Below, in pieces: positions 1 to 10,036 of a DNA stretch of 64,000 bases. Where the stretch lies: assembly GCA_964489445.1 (NCBI GenBank), contig CAZAYU010000003.1:65172-129171 (forward strand). The letters run 5' to 3'. The notes beneath the pieces are model-generated. The model was given only the letters and a program-made list of their open reading frames with translations. It was not told where the DNA came from and searched no databases. The translations under genes and the position numbers were made by a program. Source of the DNA: an uncultured Planctomycetia bacterium. Its GTDB lineage: Bacteria > Omnitrophota > Gorgyraeia > Duberdicusellales > 4484-171. Position 1 is the stretch's first letter. Each line of letters opens with the position of its first letter.

Positions 1-83
1 GTTTCGGGAGGTCAAAAGAATTTATCGGCAGCCTAAAGAAGTTCTAAGCAAGGTAAAGTATATTTTAAGTAAATAAAAAATAT

Positions 84-1616
84 ATGAAAGTTACTTTTGT
101 GTATCCTGATTTAATTGGAAGTGCTAACTATGGAGGAATATCTTATTTAGGCATAGCTTCTTTGTCTAGTGTTTTAAAAAAAGAAGGATACAATGTGTCT
201 CTACTCCATGTTACGCAGCCACTTAAAAAAAATAAATTAATAAAAATATTAGAAGACGAAAAGACCGATCTTGTTGCGTTTTCTTCAACTACTCAAATGT
301 TTGGGTTTGTCCAACAATGGTCTGCGTGGATAAAAGAAGAAACAAACAAAATACCTCTAATCGTTGGCGGAATTCATCCCACCCTTTATCCTCATCAAAC
401 CCTAAAAGACAGTTGCGTTGACTTGTGTTGTATTGGTGAAGGAGAAGGAGCAATAGTAGAGGTTTGTCAGGCGCTTCAAGAAAAAACAGATGTTTCTGAA
501 ATTTCTAATCTTTGTGGTGTGTGGGAAGGGAAAACATTCTTCAACCCGCCTCGACCGCTTATTGCGAACTTAGATGATTTGCCATTTCCAGACCGTAAAA
601 TATTTAATTATCAAAAATTAGTGGATGGACGGGAAAACACGGCATTTTTTATGGCATCTCGAGGGTGTCCTTATGATTGTTCTTATTGTTGTAATCGGGC
701 TCTAAAGCTGGCTAGCAAAAATTGTAATAACTGGGTAAGATTTAGAAGTGTCGACAATGTTATTCAAGAAGTGCAACTAGAGACAAAAAATAATCCGCGT
801 ATAAAACGTATTGTTTTTTATGATGACATACTTGCTTTACGAAAAAGCTGGTTTTCTGAATTTACTAAAATGTATGCAAAAAATATTGGAATGCCTTTTA
901 GATGTAATATGCGTGCGGATATTTTAGCCAAAAAAGGAATGGCTTCTTTACTTAAGTCAGCAGGATGTTGGAACGTAGTAATTGGCTTGGAAAGTGGCAG
1001 TGATACAGTTAGGAGTAAAATACTTAAAAAAAATATCTCTGACGAACAAATAATTAAAGCAGGAAAAGAGTGTAAAATAGCAGGCATGGGATTATCAACT
1101 TATAATATGCTAGGCATTCCGGGTGAAGATTTTTCAGACATTCTCAAAACTGTAAAACTAAACGCAAAGATAAACGCTAACTTTATGTATGCTTCTATCT
1201 ACTATCCGTTTTCAAATACTGATTTATACGAAGTTTGTCGGAAAAAGAAAATGTTAACTGGAAGGACAGCAATTGACTATGTGGAAGAAACAGTATTAAA
1301 TTTTAATAAGAAAGAACGGGCAAGAATTATTTTTGTCCGGAACCATTTTCGTTTTCTGGTTAATAGCTATCGATTAATATCGAAGCTATCGGCAAAAAAG
1401 GAAAAGTATGTTCACAATATATTTGAAAAAGTTTTATATTCACACTTAACATCGTGGATGGTGTTTATTCCGGCTAACTGGATTTTTAAAAAAGTACGAC
1501 ATAGTCGTTTGTTATCGGTGATTGTTACAAGTATTAAAGCAGCTGCTCAACGAAGAAGGCAACGTGTTTTAGCCAGGAAAATCATTTCTAATGGTATGAA
1601 TATGAGGAACAGTTAA
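84..1616 (+). CDS. B12-binding domain radical SAM protein
   Basis: N-terminal B12-binding-type segment (VGGIHPT...IGEGE) plus SRGCPYDCSYC (CxxxCxxC), FYDD and IGLESGS motifs. Confidence 0.9.
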   Translation: MKVTFVYPDLIGSANYGGISYLGIASLSSVLKKEGYNVSLLHVTQPLKKNKLIKILEDEKTDLVAFSSTTQMFGFVQQWSAWIKEETNKIPLIVGGIHPTLYPHQTLKDSCVDLCCIGEGEGAIVEVCQALQEKTDVSEISNLCGVWEGKTFFNPPRPLIANLDDLPFPDRKIFNYQKLVDGRENTAFFMASRGCPYDCSYCCNRALKLASKNCNNWVRFRSVDNVIQEVQLETKNNPRIKRIVFYDDILALRKSWFSEFTKMYAKNIGMPFRCNMRADILAKKGMASLLKSAGCWNVVIGLESGSDTVRSKILKKNISDEQIIKAGKECKIAGMGLSTYNMLGIPGEDFSDILKTVKLNAKINANFMYASIYYPFSNTDLYEVCRKKKMLTGRTAIDYVEETVLNFNKKERARIIFVRNHFRFLVNSYRLISKLSAKKEKYVHNIFEKVLYSHLTSWMVFIPANWIFKKVRHSRLLSVIVTSIKAAAQRRRQRVLARKIISNGMNMRNS

Positions 1617-1629
1617 ATAAGACAAAGTA

Positions 1630-2862
1630 ATGATATATTCCATTAAAAAAAGCATTATAAAAGTTTTTTTTGTGATGTCCGGGATAGCTTTGTTCCATCT
1701 TGCAAATACGTTTATTTTAGCGAGAAGCCTTTCTATGGGGCAGATGGGTTTATTCCGAATTGTTTTAACTGTTGGTGAATTCATTTTTGTTGTTAGTCTA
1801 TTAGGCATAGATGCTTCATTTATTCGTTTTTTTTCTCGATATTCTCCTTCTCTTTATAGATGGAAGAGATATGTGTGTATGGCGATTGGTCTATCTGCAC
1901 TTTTGGCTTGTGGGTTAGTACTTATAGCCGGTAAATTTTATGAGTTTACTCCGCTAGTGGTTAGCGCGGTGGTTATAGCTGTGGTGTTAAGTATTACAAA
2001 CAGAGCGTTTAACTCTTTTCTTAGAGCGCAAAAATATTTTGGACAAGCTACATTCTTGGAAAGATCCAGTGTTTTAGTTTTTTTTGGCTTACTAATAATT
2101 CTTTTTGCTGTAAAAAAACTTACATTTAACAGTGCGCTTTTTTCTTATCTTTTTGCTGCTGCGGTTGCTGTTTTTTGGATTATTCGGATAAGCACGAGGA
2201 AAATTAAGTCTGGCAAGAAGGCTCTTCCATCAAGCATTTTTAAAGAAGGGTTAATATTTTTCGGAATTCTAGTCACAATAACAATAATGCTTAACGCTAA
2301 CCAGCTATTTATTGCTAAAATGGTTTCCTATGAAAGCTTGGCGGTTTACACTGTTACGCTTTCAATAATGAGGGTTTTTGAGTTGGCCGTTAATGCCTTG
2401 TATTATGTGTTTGTTCCCTCGCTTAACAATGATAAACCTATCGAAACCGGAAAAATATTTGCTTTTTTAGTAACTATTGGATTATTAATCGGAAGTTTCT
2501 ATTTTGTAGCCGGGAAGTCAATGATCCACTTTTTATTCCAAGGGAAGTATGATCAAGGGGCTGAATTGATTCCGTTTTTTGTAGGTATTGGTATTTGCCG
2601 AATGCTTTATATTTTTCCGGCTAGCATAGCTGGAGGCCGGGCTTCAAAAAAGTCGCTAAGGCGGTTTTTTTATGCTAATTGTTTAGCTGCAATTTTTGGG
2701 ATAATTTTGAATTATTTTTTTATTTTAAGAATGGGCATTAAAGGTGCTGCCCTTGCCACAATGTATACTTGGATGCTAGCCGCAATTTTTAGCTGTCTTG
2801 CGGTTAAAAAAGAGTTATTCTCTGGGGTGGTGGGGCGCTTAAAAACCGAGCACGATAAATAA
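1630..2862 (+). CDS. Wzx-like oligosaccharide flippase (MOP superfamily)
   Basis: 410 aa, about 12 hydrophobic segments, ILARSL near the N-terminus, GIKGAALAT near the C-terminus; glycan locus context. Confidence 0.8.
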   Translation: MIYSIKKSIIKVFFVMSGIALFHLANTFILARSLSMGQMGLFRIVLTVGEFIFVVSLLGIDASFIRFFSRYSPSLYRWKRYVCMAIGLSALLACGLVLIAGKFYEFTPLVVSAVVIAVVLSITNRAFNSFLRAQKYFGQATFLERSSVLVFFGLLIILFAVKKLTFNSALFSYLFAAAVAVFWIIRISTRKIKSGKKALPSSIFKEGLIFFGILVTITIMLNANQLFIAKMVSYESLAVYTVTLSIMRVFELAVNALYYVFVPSLNNDKPIETGKIFAFLVTIGLLIGSFYFVAGKSMIHFLFQGKYDQGAELIPFFVGIGICRMLYIFPASIAGGRASKKSLRRFFYANCLAAIFGIILNYFFILRMGIKGAALATMYTWMLAAIFSCLAVKKELFSGVVGRLKTEHDK

Positions 2863-2943
2863 AATATTTTGTTTTTAACCTAAAGAACAATATTCTATAG
2901 GCGTAAAGTTGAAAAGGCGAAAGAAAGTGGAGAAGCTAATATT

Positions 2944-3684
2944 ATGTTACCAGGGTCTCATTCAGACATAAGATATCATTTCTTTGTTAAATTTCTAAAA
3001 AAAGAGTATTCGGAAAATCCTTTAGTTTTGGAAGTGGGTTCAGGTCCTGTAGGGATTAGTCATTATTGGAAAGGGAAAGTAGTTGGTCTGGATATTGACG
3101 TTCAGAAAAAGAAGAGTAAAAACCTTTTATTAGTAAAAGGAACAGCAATCCAGCTACCGTTTAGAGATAAGGAATTCGATTGCACGATAGCGATAGATTT
3201 CTTAGAACATATACCTCAAGGGTGCAGGAAAAAAGCTGTTTTAGAAATGATCCGAGTGACAAAGAAAGATATTGTTGTTGGAGTTCCCTGCGGGGATAAA
3301 GCAATAGAATGGGAAAACAAGGCTAGAAAAGTGTATGAAAAAAAAATAAATGAATGGAAGAGGGAAAATTTAATCAGAGCATCTTTAGTAAAACAAAGAG
3401 GGGTGTTTTTGATCGAACATGAAAATATGGGGTTGCCTTCCGAACAGTGGCTCTTAAAAATGGTTGAAGAAGCTGCTCAGGAAAGCACAGGGACTTTTAA
3501 TATTAAAGTCTCGGACAATGAAAGTCTTTGGGTTTGGTATTTTTATCTTTTAGCCGAGTTGAAGTATAATTATTTTCGTTGGCTAGCCACAGCGGCATTA
3601 ACCATGGCTATACATCCTTTTTTAAGAAAGATAAAATGGGCAGGATGTTATCGTAAAATTTTTACAATAAGAAGGGAAAAGTGA
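2944..3684 (+). CDS. Class I SAM-dependent methyltransferase
   Basis: VLEVGSG motif I, VVGLD, LPFRDKEFD, FLEHI. Confidence 0.85.
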   Translation: MLPGSHSDIRYHFFVKFLKKEYSENPLVLEVGSGPVGISHYWKGKVVGLDIDVQKKKSKNLLLVKGTAIQLPFRDKEFDCTIAIDFLEHIPQGCRKKAVLEMIRVTKKDIVVGVPCGDKAIEWENKARKVYEKKINEWKRENLIRASLVKQRGVFLIEHENMGLPSEQWLLKMVEEAAQESTGTFNIKVSDNESLWVWYFYLLAELKYNYFRWLATAALTMAIHPFLRKIKWAGCYRKIFTIRREK

Positions 3685-4697
3685 CAAGAAATATTTTTTT
3701 ATCGATAGTTATCCCAGTAAAGAATGAAGAGGTAAATATAGGCAGATGCCTAACATCAGTAATAAATTGTATAAAGGACATGCAACAGGTAGAGGTTATA
3801 GTTGTAGATGCCTGTTCGCAAGATGGTACAGTAGAGCAGGCCTTAAAATTTCCGGTAAATATTATTCAGCTGGAATCATTTTGGACGCATACAGCTTCAG
3901 CAGGTAGGTATTTAGGATGTTTAAATACCTACGGAAAATATCTTTTTTTCATTGATGCGGATACGACACTTGAGTTGGAATTTTTAGAAAAAGCATTAGA
4001 ATTTTTGGAAAAAAATCCAGATAGTGGAGGAATTGCTGGTTTAGACCGGGAGATATATTTTGAGGGAAAAAAACAAGTAGGGCAAAGCGCAAACATCCAT
4101 AAAAGAGATTTGCAGGTAACCAAAGAGGTAGAGTATTTAGGAGCAGCAGCTTTATTTCGGCGAAAAGCCTTGGAAGAAGTGATGTATTTTAATCCGTATC
4201 TTTATTCACAGGAAGAACTAGACGTAGGACAGCGACTGAAAAAAAATGGGTGGAAACTGTATTCTTTTCCTCGTCCGATGAGTATTCACCGCACACATTC
4301 TCCTGAAGGGATAGAAATTTTTAGAAAACAAATAAAAAATAATCGATTTACAGGAGTTGGGCAGTTGATTCGTTTGTCATTCAGTAATGGTTTATTTTGG
4401 GGCAATATTTGGAGGTTCAAAAAGTTTTTTCTTTTTTTAGTCTTGGCGGTGAGCATGATTTTAGCTTTTGTTGTATTTTTGTTTAGCGGAAACAAACAAA
4501 TTATAGTTAGTGAGTGTAGTGTAGTGGCCATTGTGTATTTTTATTTAGTATTTAAAAAGCAAAGTTTAAAAAAAGCAGCAATTAGTTTTAGTAAGTGGAT
4601 TGTTGTTATTATGAACGTAGGTAAAGGGTTGGTAAGGTGTCCCCAAAATATTCACAGCTATCCACAAAATGTTAAAGTCATTCGAAAAGGAAATTAG
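3681..4697 (+). CDS. Glycosyltransferase family 2 with C-terminal TM helices
   Basis: SIVIPVKNEE, VVDACSQDGT, FIDAD (DxD); GTG start overlaps the previous stop. Confidence 0.9.
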   Translation: MTRNIFLSIVIPVKNEEVNIGRCLTSVINCIKDMQQVEVIVVDACSQDGTVEQALKFPVNIIQLESFWTHTASAGRYLGCLNTYGKYLFFIDADTTLELEFLEKALEFLEKNPDSGGIAGLDREIYFEGKKQVGQSANIHKRDLQVTKEVEYLGAAALFRRKALEEVMYFNPYLYSQEELDVGQRLKKNGWKLYSFPRPMSIHRTHSPEGIEIFRKQIKNNRFTGVGQLIRLSFSNGLFWGNIWRFKKFFLFLVLAVSMILAFVVFLFSGNKQIIVSECSVVAIVYFYLVFKKQSLKKAAISFSKWIVVIMNVGKGLVRCPQNIHSYPQNVKVIRKGN

Positions 4698-4698
4698 C

Positions 4699-6045
4699 AT
4701 GAATGTTGCTTTTGTTTGTACCGGAGAATTCGAGCCGTTTTTTTATGAGTGTGTTATTAAAAATAATTACGGCGTAGGCATCAATCCTTTTTATGTAGCG
4801 TTTTTTGCCGATACACGTGCGGCAGTAAAAAAAATTAAAAAAGAAATGTATCCTAAAGTCATAAGTTTCAATCAATACCTAAAAAAAGATTATTCAGATT
4901 GTCTGTTAGAGAAGGAAGAGCTAGAAGATGTAGTTTATTATGATTCTCTACGGCGGAGTTTTGGAAAAAATACAGAGATTAAACGACAGTTAATAAATAA
5001 AGCTGTGTACTATGAATACTTTTTCCGTAAGTTTTACTCCGATAATCATATTGAGGCGGTAGTGGTTTGGAACTATTTTCCGGTGACGGTTAATGTTGCT
5101 TGGCGAGTGGCAAAAAAATTAAAAATAAAAACCATTTTTTTTGAAAACGGGCCGCTTTCCAACACGCTAATGATTGATTCCCAAGGAGTTAATTTCCAAA
5201 GTTCTTTGGCGTTACGCAAGAAAGAGTTTTTTGAAAATCAAAAACTACCACCAAAGGGATGGAAGAAATATCTACAGAATTATCCGCAAAAAAGAACGGA
5301 GGCATACAAAAAGAATAGAGGGATCATGAATCCACTGCTTAAATTTTACTATGCTTTGTTAATGCGTAATAAAAAATACCGTAGAATATTTCCAGAATTA
5401 ACGGATGATAATATCCGGAAGTCGTTATGGAAAAAAATGTTTTCAAGAATTATAATATCAAAAAAAATTAAGCTACCCAAGAAATTTGTGTTTATTCCAT
5501 TTCAATATTCACACGATACACAAGTGCTAGTTAATTCTCCGTTTGTTGCCAATATGGAAGCGTTTTTAGATTCTTGTTATTCGGCTTTAAAAGAAGTAGA
5601 TTCCTGTTGTCGAATAGTAGTTAAAGAGCATCCTGATGATTTTTGTCGAAAAAGCTATAAAAAGCTAAGAAAAAAATATCCTGATGTTGTTTGGTTAGCA
5701 AAGTACGATATCCAAGAGCTAATAAGAAAATCCCAAGCAGTAATTACTATTAATTCTTCTGTAGGTATTGCGGCTTTGGTTGAGGAGAAGCCAGTTATTA
5801 CATTGGGGAAAAGTTTTTATAATATTGATGGTGTAGTGTATTATTCTCCAAATTTGCCTGAGCTAAGAAAAAGTATGAAGAAAGTGTTAAGCGGGGTAAT
5901 TAATAAACCGTTGATTAATAGATTTCTTTATTATTTAAGATTTGAATATTTAGCAGAAGGTAATCCACGTTATTGCACGGTAGAAAGCTTAGCGGGGGCA
6001 TGCAGAAAATTAGAAAAAATACTAATGGAGAAAAATAATGAATAA
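4699..6045 (+). CDS. KpsS/KpsC-like (Capsule_synth) glycosyltransferase, putative beta-Kdo transferase
   Basis: FFENG, PFQYSHDTQ (QxxxD), VKEHP, TINSSVG, GKSFY motifs; ATG at 4699 after AAGGA preferred over the track start at 4669. Confidence 0.75.
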   Translation: MNVAFVCTGEFEPFFYECVIKNNYGVGINPFYVAFFADTRAAVKKIKKEMYPKVISFNQYLKKDYSDCLLEKEELEDVVYYDSLRRSFGKNTEIKRQLINKAVYYEYFFRKFYSDNHIEAVVVWNYFPVTVNVAWRVAKKLKIKTIFFENGPLSNTLMIDSQGVNFQSSLALRKKEFFENQKLPPKGWKKYLQNYPQKRTEAYKKNRGIMNPLLKFYYALLMRNKKYRRIFPELTDDNIRKSLWKKMFSRIIISKKIKLPKKFVFIPFQYSHDTQVLVNSPFVANMEAFLDSCYSALKEVDSCCRIVVKEHPDDFCRKSYKKLRKKYPDVVWLAKYDIQELIRKSQAVITINSSVGIAALVEEKPVITLGKSFYNIDGVVYYSPNLPELRKSMKKVLSGVINKPLINRFLYYLRFEYLAEGNPRYCTVESLAGACRKLEKILMEKNNE

Positions 6046-7447
6046 AAAAATAATTTCTATGTTAGCTATTTGCGGGTTATTGGCAATTTGTGTGTCATTG
6101 TTTTCTTATTATCGGCAGGCGTATTACTTATTATTTTTTGGGATTTTGGGATCTAGCGCGTTTATAGTAAAAAAAGGAAAGATTACTATTTATGATTGGT
6201 TAATTGTACTAGTAGTAACCATACCGCTACACACATTACGAATAGGAGGGCAAACGCATTTTTTGCGGTTAACGGAAGTTGCATTTATTCCATTTTTCTT
6301 TTCTTATCTTATTAAAAAAAGAAATGATGCCGAGTCTTTTAAAATACGGAAAGAGTTTTTCTGGATATTTGCATTTTTAATCGTAAATATTTTAGCGATT
6401 TCTAAATCATTGTATCCTTTGGTTAGTATTAAAAAAGTGGCTATCCTGGGATATCTAATATTATTTTGTTATTTAGTGAGTGATATGTTTAAAACAATAA
6501 AAAAAGAAGAGTTAGTAATTAAAGCGATGATTGGTATATCCGCCTGTTCGGCAGTATTGGCGGTGTTTCAGTCATTTTTGCCTCAGCTGCATATTTTATC
6601 CACTAAGGCTTTGACTGTGATAGGTGGAATTACTATTTACCGTGCTTCTGCTGGGTGGAAAGACCCAAACTACTACGCTCTTTATTTGGGGATGAATGCG
6701 GCGCTTTGTTTATCTTTTCTAGTTTCGTCAAGAATTAAAAAAACAACTTTTTTACGAGTTTGTTTTTTTCTACAAATAGCCGGAATTATCGCCACTTTTT
6801 CTAGGATGGGTATTCTTTGCTTTATTTTTGTGTTGGTTTACATGATGTTTTCGTATAATAAACGAAAATTAGGTTGGATAATGTTAATTATAATGATGCT
6901 AAGTGGAGTGGGCATAGTGAGCTCTATTGAGAAAATTTATGAAAAATATCCACTTGCTCAAGCGTATATTTTTCGGCAACCGAAACTAGAAACATTGCAA
7001 CAATATCCACGGTTAATTTTAGTTCATCGATGGGATGCGTTTAGGGCTAATTGGAAAATGTTTTTAGATAATCCTTTTTTGGGTGTTGGTCCGTTTATGG
7101 CTATGGATAATTATGCTGAATATAGGCCGAAAGATGCGTTATGGTATACACGAGAAATGCTTGATTCGCATAATCAATATCTTCAGTTGCTTGCTGAAAA
7201 AGGAATATTTGGGTTTTTATTTTTTATTGGGTTTATTTTTTTAGTTTGGAAGAGATTAAGTAAATATATTGGGCAGAAAAAAGGGCCACAAGCTGAGGCA
7301 ATTGCTATTGGGTTAAGAGGAAGCTTGTTCGTTTACTTGGTGGCATGTTTGGTGGCTCAGACTACGCATGAAGTACAATTTTGGTTGGTTGTCGGTTTAT
7401 CGCTAGCATTATTTAATATTGGTGACGAGAAAATTAATGAGCAGTAA
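6038..7447 (+). CDS. O-antigen ligase/polymerase (Wzy_C family) membrane protein
   Basis: Multi-TM; DPNYYA, TFSRMG, NPFLGVG, SHNQYLQLLAEKGIFG motifs. Confidence 0.85.
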   Translation: MNKKIISMLAICGLLAICVSLFSYYRQAYYLLFFGILGSSAFIVKKGKITIYDWLIVLVVTIPLHTLRIGGQTHFLRLTEVAFIPFFFSYLIKKRNDAESFKIRKEFFWIFAFLIVNILAISKSLYPLVSIKKVAILGYLILFCYLVSDMFKTIKKEELVIKAMIGISACSAVLAVFQSFLPQLHILSTKALTVIGGITIYRASAGWKDPNYYALYLGMNAALCLSFLVSSRIKKTTFLRVCFFLQIAGIIATFSRMGILCFIFVLVYMMFSYNKRKLGWIMLIIMMLSGVGIVSSIEKIYEKYPLAQAYIFRQPKLETLQQYPRLILVHRWDAFRANWKMFLDNPFLGVGPFMAMDNYAEYRPKDALWYTREMLDSHNQYLQLLAEKGIFGFLFFIGFIFLVWKRLSKYIGQKKGPQAEAIAIGLRGSLFVYLVACLVAQTTHEVQFWLVVGLSLALFNIGDEKINEQ

Positions 7448-8591
7448 AAAAATAATATTTTTAGAGCAGTATTCTAAAGTAAGTGGTGGACAAAAAGTAT
7501 TGCTATCGGTTATTTCCGGATTGAATAAAGATTGTTATTCTCCCTTGGTTATTCTACCGGATAAGGGAGAGTTATTTGTAACTTTAAAAGAGGCAGACAT
7601 CGATGTTCAGATTCTGCCGATGGGATATTATTCTGTGGGCAAAAAAAAATTAGTGGACGTGGTAAGGTATTCTTTTCGATTGCCTTTTTTAATTTTTTTC
7701 CTTAACCAAATTATTAAGAAGGAGAAAGCGAATTTAGTTTATGCCAATGGAGCAAGAACCTTTATTTGGGGGGTTGTAGCTTGCACTCTAACTAAAACTC
7801 CGATGGTTTGGCATCTGCACAGTATTTTTTATACTAAAGCTGTAAAATGGGCGTGTATTTATTTTGGAAAGATGTGTGTTGTGAAAAAGATTATTGCGGT
7901 TTCTGATTCTGTGCGTAGGCCTTTGGCAGCGCTAGGAGAAAAAATAGAAATAATTTACAATGGAATTGATGTTAAGCATTTTTGTTCTTTATCCAGAGAT
8001 AGAGAACAGAGTTGCAAAAGAAGAAAGCTATTAATTATTGCTGGGGGGTTATTGATAGAATGGAAAAACCAAGAAGATCTAATTAAAGCTGCTGGTGTGT
8101 TTATTAAAAAAAGTAATATTCCCGTTGAATTTTTGATTGTTGGAGGCCCCCTATATAAAACCCAGGAGGGAGAAGGTTATCAGCGGAGGCTTAAGAAGCT
8201 AACCATGAGTTTGGGTTTAGAGAACGATATTATTTTTACTGGCCATATAAAGAAAATGACTGATATTTTGCAGAGGGCAGATATCTTGGTGATTACTTCT
8301 AAAATGCCAGACCCTTGCCCGTTGCTTATGCTAGAGGCCATGGCAAGCGGCTTGGCTGTGATCTCGACTAACTTTGGTGGTCCTGCTGAAATAATAGAAG
8401 ATGGGCAAGACGGGCTCCTATACTTGTCTGGTAATTACCAGCAGTTAGCTGAAAAGCTTATCTATTTAGCAAAAAAAAGCAACCGGATAAAAGAAATAGG
8501 AAAAGCAGCACGACAGAAGATTGAGAAGCAATATAGCCAAATAATATTTATAAACAAAGTAAACAAAGTACTTAATTCTCTTTTTTTATGA
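7437..8591 (+). CDS. Glycosyltransferase family 4
   Basis: SGGQK, IYNGID, DPCPLLMLEAMASG (variant of EX7E), GGPAEII; ATG at 7437. Confidence 0.9.
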   Translation: MSSKKIIFLEQYSKVSGGQKVLLSVISGLNKDCYSPLVILPDKGELFVTLKEADIDVQILPMGYYSVGKKKLVDVVRYSFRLPFLIFFLNQIIKKEKANLVYANGARTFIWGVVACTLTKTPMVWHLHSIFYTKAVKWACIYFGKMCVVKKIIAVSDSVRRPLAALGEKIEIIYNGIDVKHFCSLSRDREQSCKRRKLLIIAGGLLIEWKNQEDLIKAAGVFIKKSNIPVEFLIVGGPLYKTQEGEGYQRRLKKLTMSLGLENDIIFTGHIKKMTDILQRADILVITSKMPDPCPLLMLEAMASGLAVISTNFGGPAEIIEDGQDGLLYLSGNYQQLAEKLIYLAKKSNRIKEIGKAARQKIEKQYSQIIFINKVNKVLNSLFL

Positions 8592-10036
8592 ATGTTTTAT
8601 TTTTAAACCCACCATTTTTTGATAATTTTTCTCGCTCTCAAAGAAGTCCAGCAGTAACAAAAAGTGGAACATTGTATTACCCGATTTGGCTTAGCCTTGC
8701 GGCAGGGGTATTGATGAAAGAGGGTTTTAACGTTTGTTTGGTTGATGCGGTTGCGCAAAGAATAAATAATAAAAATTTAATAAAAAAAATAAAAGAATTT
8801 AATCCAAAACTATTAGTTGTGGATACGTCTACGCCGAGTATTTATAACGATATTAATATTGCTGCAGAGTGTAAAAAGAATGTTCCCAACTGCTTTGTGG
8901 TCTTAGTTGGTCCACACGTTTCTGTTTTGGCAGAGGAGACCCTAGAGAATAACATGGAAATAGATGCTTTAGCGAGAGGAGAGTATGACTATACAATACG
9001 TGATTTAGCGGTGGTAATAAAGAAACGAAAAATGCTAGAGAGTGTTGAGGGTTTAAGTTTTAGGCGCGGAATGAAAATTATTCATAATCCTCAACGCTCG
9101 AAGATTCAGAATTTGGATGCTCTTCCGTTTGTTAGCCGTGTGTATAAACAATTTCTAGATGTGAAGAAATATTTTTTTGCTGCAGCTAATTATCCGGAAG
9201 TTCAAATATTCACGGCACGAGGGTGCCCGTTTAATTGTTTCTTTTGCGTTTATCCACAAGTAATGCATGGTAATGCTTATAGGGTCAGAAGTCCAGATAA
9301 TGTGGTAGAAGAATTTGATTTTATTGCTCGTAATTTTCCTAGTGTTAAAGAAGTAGTTATTGAGGATGATACCTTTACTGTTGATCAGCGTAGAGTGGAA
9401 TCTATTTGTGATAAACTCATCAAGAAAAAGAATAGGTTGTTTTGGAATGCTAACGTTCGAGCAGATTTGGACATTGGCCTAATGCGAAAGATGAAAGAGG
9501 CAGGGTGCAGATTGGTAATAACTGGGTTTGAGAGTGGGGAACAAAAAATCTTAAATAATATTGGAAAAGGAATAACAATTGAGCAATCAGAAGAATTTTT
9601 TCAAAATGCCCGAAAAGCAAAGCTATTAGTACACGCTGCGTTAATGGCTGGAAATCCTGGAGAAGATAAAAAAACGCTAGAAAAAACTTTTTCTTTGGCT
9701 AAAAAAGGGTTTCCGGATACTGTGCAATTTTTTCCGTTAATTGTTTATCCAGGAACAAAAGCGTTTCAATGGGCACAAAAGAATAATTTTCTCAAAACTG
9801 TTGATTACCAACAATGGGTAACAAAAGAAGGGCTTCACAATTGCTTGGTTGATTTACCGGATATTTCTGCGCAAGATATGGTTAATTGGTGCAATGATAG
9901 CCGGAGGAAGTATTACTTAAATTTAAAGTATATTTTTTACAAAATATTTCAGATGGTACGTTATCCTCGAGAGATTAAACGTACAGTGAAAGCAGGGTTA
10001 AAATTTAGCAAACATCTCTTAACATTTAAAAAATGA
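8588..10036 (+). CDS. B12-binding domain radical SAM protein (HpnJ-like)
   Basis: FLNPP...SR..RSPA...YYPIWL N-terminus typical of HpnJ-like proteins; ARGCPFNCFFC; IEDDTF; GFESG. Confidence 0.88.
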   Translation: MNVLFLNPPFFDNFSRSQRSPAVTKSGTLYYPIWLSLAAGVLMKEGFNVCLVDAVAQRINNKNLIKKIKEFNPKLLVVDTSTPSIYNDINIAAECKKNVPNCFVVLVGPHVSVLAEETLENNMEIDALARGEYDYTIRDLAVVIKKRKMLESVEGLSFRRGMKIIHNPQRSKIQNLDALPFVSRVYKQFLDVKKYFFAAANYPEVQIFTARGCPFNCFFCVYPQVMHGNAYRVRSPDNVVEEFDFIARNFPSVKEVVIEDDTFTVDQRRVESICDKLIKKKNRLFWNANVRADLDIGLMRKMKEAGCRLVITGFESGEQKILNNIGKGITIEQSEEFFQNARKAKLLVHAALMAGNPGEDKKTLEKTFSLAKKGFPDTVQFFPLIVYPGTKAFQWAQKNNFLKTVDYQQWVTKEGLHNCLVDLPDISAQDMVNWCNDSRRKYYLNLKYIFYKIFQMVRYPREIKRTVKAGLKFSKHLLTFKK

